DNA of 51,279 nucleotides from Candidatus Pacearchaeota archaeon (GTDB lineage Archaea; Nanobdellota; Nanobdellia; Pacearchaeales; JAPDKA01): NCBI GenBank assembly GCA_038817835.1, contig JAWAZI010000006.1, positions 1 to 51,279 of the forward strand, read 5' to 3'. Shown piece by piece: positions 49,672 to 51,279 of this stretch (position 1 is its first letter; each line of letters starts with the position of its first letter). The notes under the pieces were generated by a model. It saw only the letters and a program-made list of their open reading frames with translations, ran no database searches and was not told where the DNA came from. The position numbers and the translations under genes were made by a program.

Positions 49672-50823
49672 ATGGTAAAAGAAGAAGAATATGTTGAATA
49701 TAAAGGCAAAAAGCTTTTTATCGAGGATGCTGAGTTTTTGGAGAAGTATAAAGGGAAAATAAAAGAGTATAACATAGAAAATAATTTTATTTCAAAAATA
49801 ACAATTCCTAGAGGCGCTGAATATATTTATAGCATCGGTGATCTTAAAAAACTGAAGAATTTGAAGAGATTGTATATTACGGGGGCAGCCATTAAAGATC
49901 TTACATATGACAAACTCCCAAAAAGCATAGAGGAGATTTATGCTATGAGGTGTGAGGAGTTAACAAATTATAAATTAAAAAATTTAAATAAATTGAAGGA
50001 ATTGGATATTAGGAGGACAGCTATCAATGAGCTTACATATGACAAACTCCCAGAAAGCACAGAGAAGATTTATGCTCGTGGGTGCAAGAATTTAACATAT
50101 TATAACTTAAAAAATTTAAATAAATTGAAGATATTGGATATTGGGGAGACAGCCATTAAAGAGCTTACATATGACAAACTCCCAGAAAGCATAGAAGTGA
50201 TTTATGCTGGTTGGTGCAAGAATTTAACAAATTATAATTTAAAAAATTTAAATAAATTGAAGGAATTGGATATTTTTGGGACAGCCATTGATGAGCTTAC
50301 ATATGACAAACTCCCAGAAAGCATTGAGGTGATTTCTGCTGGTGGGTGCAAGAATTTAACAAATTATAACTTAAAAAATTTAAATAAATTGAAGATATTG
50401 GGTATTCGGGTGACAGCCATTAAAGAGCTTACATATAACAAACTCCCAGAAAGCATAGAGGTGATTTCTGCTGGTTGGTGCGAGAATTTAACAAATTATA
50501 ATTTAAAAAATTTAAATAAATTGAAGGAATTGGATATTGGGGGGACAGCCATTGAAGAGCTTACATATGACAAACTCCCAGAAAGCATAGAAGTGATTTA
50601 TGCTTATCATTGTGAGAATTTAACAAAATGCAGCGTGAAAAACTTAAAGAATTTAAAGGAATTGTACATAGCTTCCTCTGGCATTAAAAAGCTTGGCCCA
50701 GAAGACATACCTGAGAGCTTAGAGACATTGGTGGTAAGTATTGACCAAGATGTGAGTGAAATCAAGAAAGACCCAAGATTTAAGAATTTGGAAATAAAAA
50801 GAGCAAGAGCATATTTTTTCTAA
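49672..50823 (+). CDS. Leucine-rich repeat protein, no signal peptide
   Basis: 44-aa double LRR LKELDIxxTAIxELTYDKLPESIEVIYAxxCKNLTNYNLKNLNK, six copies. Confidence 0.92.
   Translation: MVKEEEYVEYKGKKLFIEDAEFLEKYKGKIKEYNIENNFISKITIPRGAEYIYSIGDLKKLKNLKRLYITGAAIKDLTYDKLPKSIEEIYAMRCEELTNYKLKNLNKLKELDIRRTAINELTYDKLPESTEKIYARGCKNLTYYNLKNLNKLKILDIGETAIKELTYDKLPESIEVIYAGWCKNLTNYNLKNLNKLKELDIFGTAIDELTYDKLPESIEVISAGGCKNLTNYNLKNLNKLKILGIRVTAIKELTYNKLPESIEVISAGWCENLTNYNLKNLNKLKELDIGGTAIEELTYDKLPESIEVIYAYHCENLTKCSVKNLKNLKELYIASSGIKKLGPEDIPESLETLVVSIDQDVSEIKKDPRFKNLEIKRARAYFF
49861..50652 (+). repeat. Six tandem 132-bp intragenic repeats
   Basis: Units start with TTGAAG at 49861, 49993, 50125, 50257, 50389 and 50521. 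Confidence 0.95.
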
Positions 50824-51071
50824 CCTAAGAAAATTACCGGATTGGAGATTGAAAACTCTTGCTATTTAGAGGCTATTTAGAGCAGCTAAAACTTTTAATC
50901 TTTGCTAAAAGTTTTTGTTGGAATAAAAAAGCTTGTAAAAAAGTAAAAAAGATATATCTTATTTATAAATCTTACTAAAAAATTTGTTTCAAAGATATTA
51001 TATTAAAAAAATATAGAAAAATTTTTAAACTATAAAAATAAAAATTAATAAAATTTTATAATAACTTTAAA

Positions 51072-51279
51072 ATGGTAAAAGAAAAAGAATATGTTGAATA
51101 TCAAGGAGATGTTAATTATCAAGGCGAAAAGGTTTTTTTCAAGGATGCTGAATTTTTGGAGAAGTATAAAGGGAAAATAAAAGAGTATAACATAGAAAAT
51201 AATTTTATTTCAAAAATAACAATTCCTAGAGGCGCTGAATATATTTATAGCATCGGTGATCTTAAAAAACTGAAGAATT
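51072..51279 (+). CDS. Second LRR paralog, truncated by the window end (not in ORF track)
   Basis: MVKEKEYVEYQGDVNYQGEKVFFKDAEFLEKYKGKIKEYNIENNFISKITIPRGAEYIYSIGDLKKLKN; 51153-51279 is identical to 49735-49861. Confidence 0.9.
   Translation, partial: MVKEKEYVEYQGDVNYQGEKVFFKDAEFLEKYKGKIKEYNIENNFISKITIPRGAEYIYSIGDLKKLKN

Noticed and set aside
49861-50652. Diversity-generating retroelement mutagenesis as the source of LRR variation (variable codons are G-rich and many are compatible with A-to-N change)
   Set aside because: Silent third-position adenines in the scaffold (ACA, CCA, TTA) are invariant, some changes are C/T, and no reverse transcriptase or template repeat is in the window. Not fully excluded without downstream sequence.

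Overview
Very AT-rich (hand counts of sample lines about 20-25% GC), gene-dense chromosomal segment of an archaeon. It is most consistent with a DPANN lineage (Pacearchaeota/Woesearchaeota-like), based on a fused PriS-PriL primase, PolD, Orc1/Cdc6, the Rpo7-Spt4-S24e-S27ae operon, and many Cys-rich or class III signal-peptide surface proteins. The window holds most of the replication core (PCNA, primase, DP1, DP2, Cdc6) and a likely oriC with four ORB-like boxes upstream of cdc6. It also holds two tRNA-Ser genes, LysRS-II, IleRS, GlmS, a glycosylation cassette and an Lhr helicase. The most notable signals are: (1) a winged-helix gene (about 48.7-49.36 kb) whose middle encodes a near-canonical ORB box flanked by seven 11-bp iteron-like repeats, a candidate second origin or initiator-binding site inside its own putative initiator gene; (2) tandem LRR paralogs with 132-bp repeats that vary almost only at the solvent-exposed beta-strand positions; (3) a 57-aa histone-fold gene missed by the ORF track; (4) a tRNA whose D-loop supplies the stop codon of the upstream CDS; (5) an unexplained 17-bp GC-rich RNA hairpin behind rps27ae. 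All calls come from motif recognition by eye; no searches were run.
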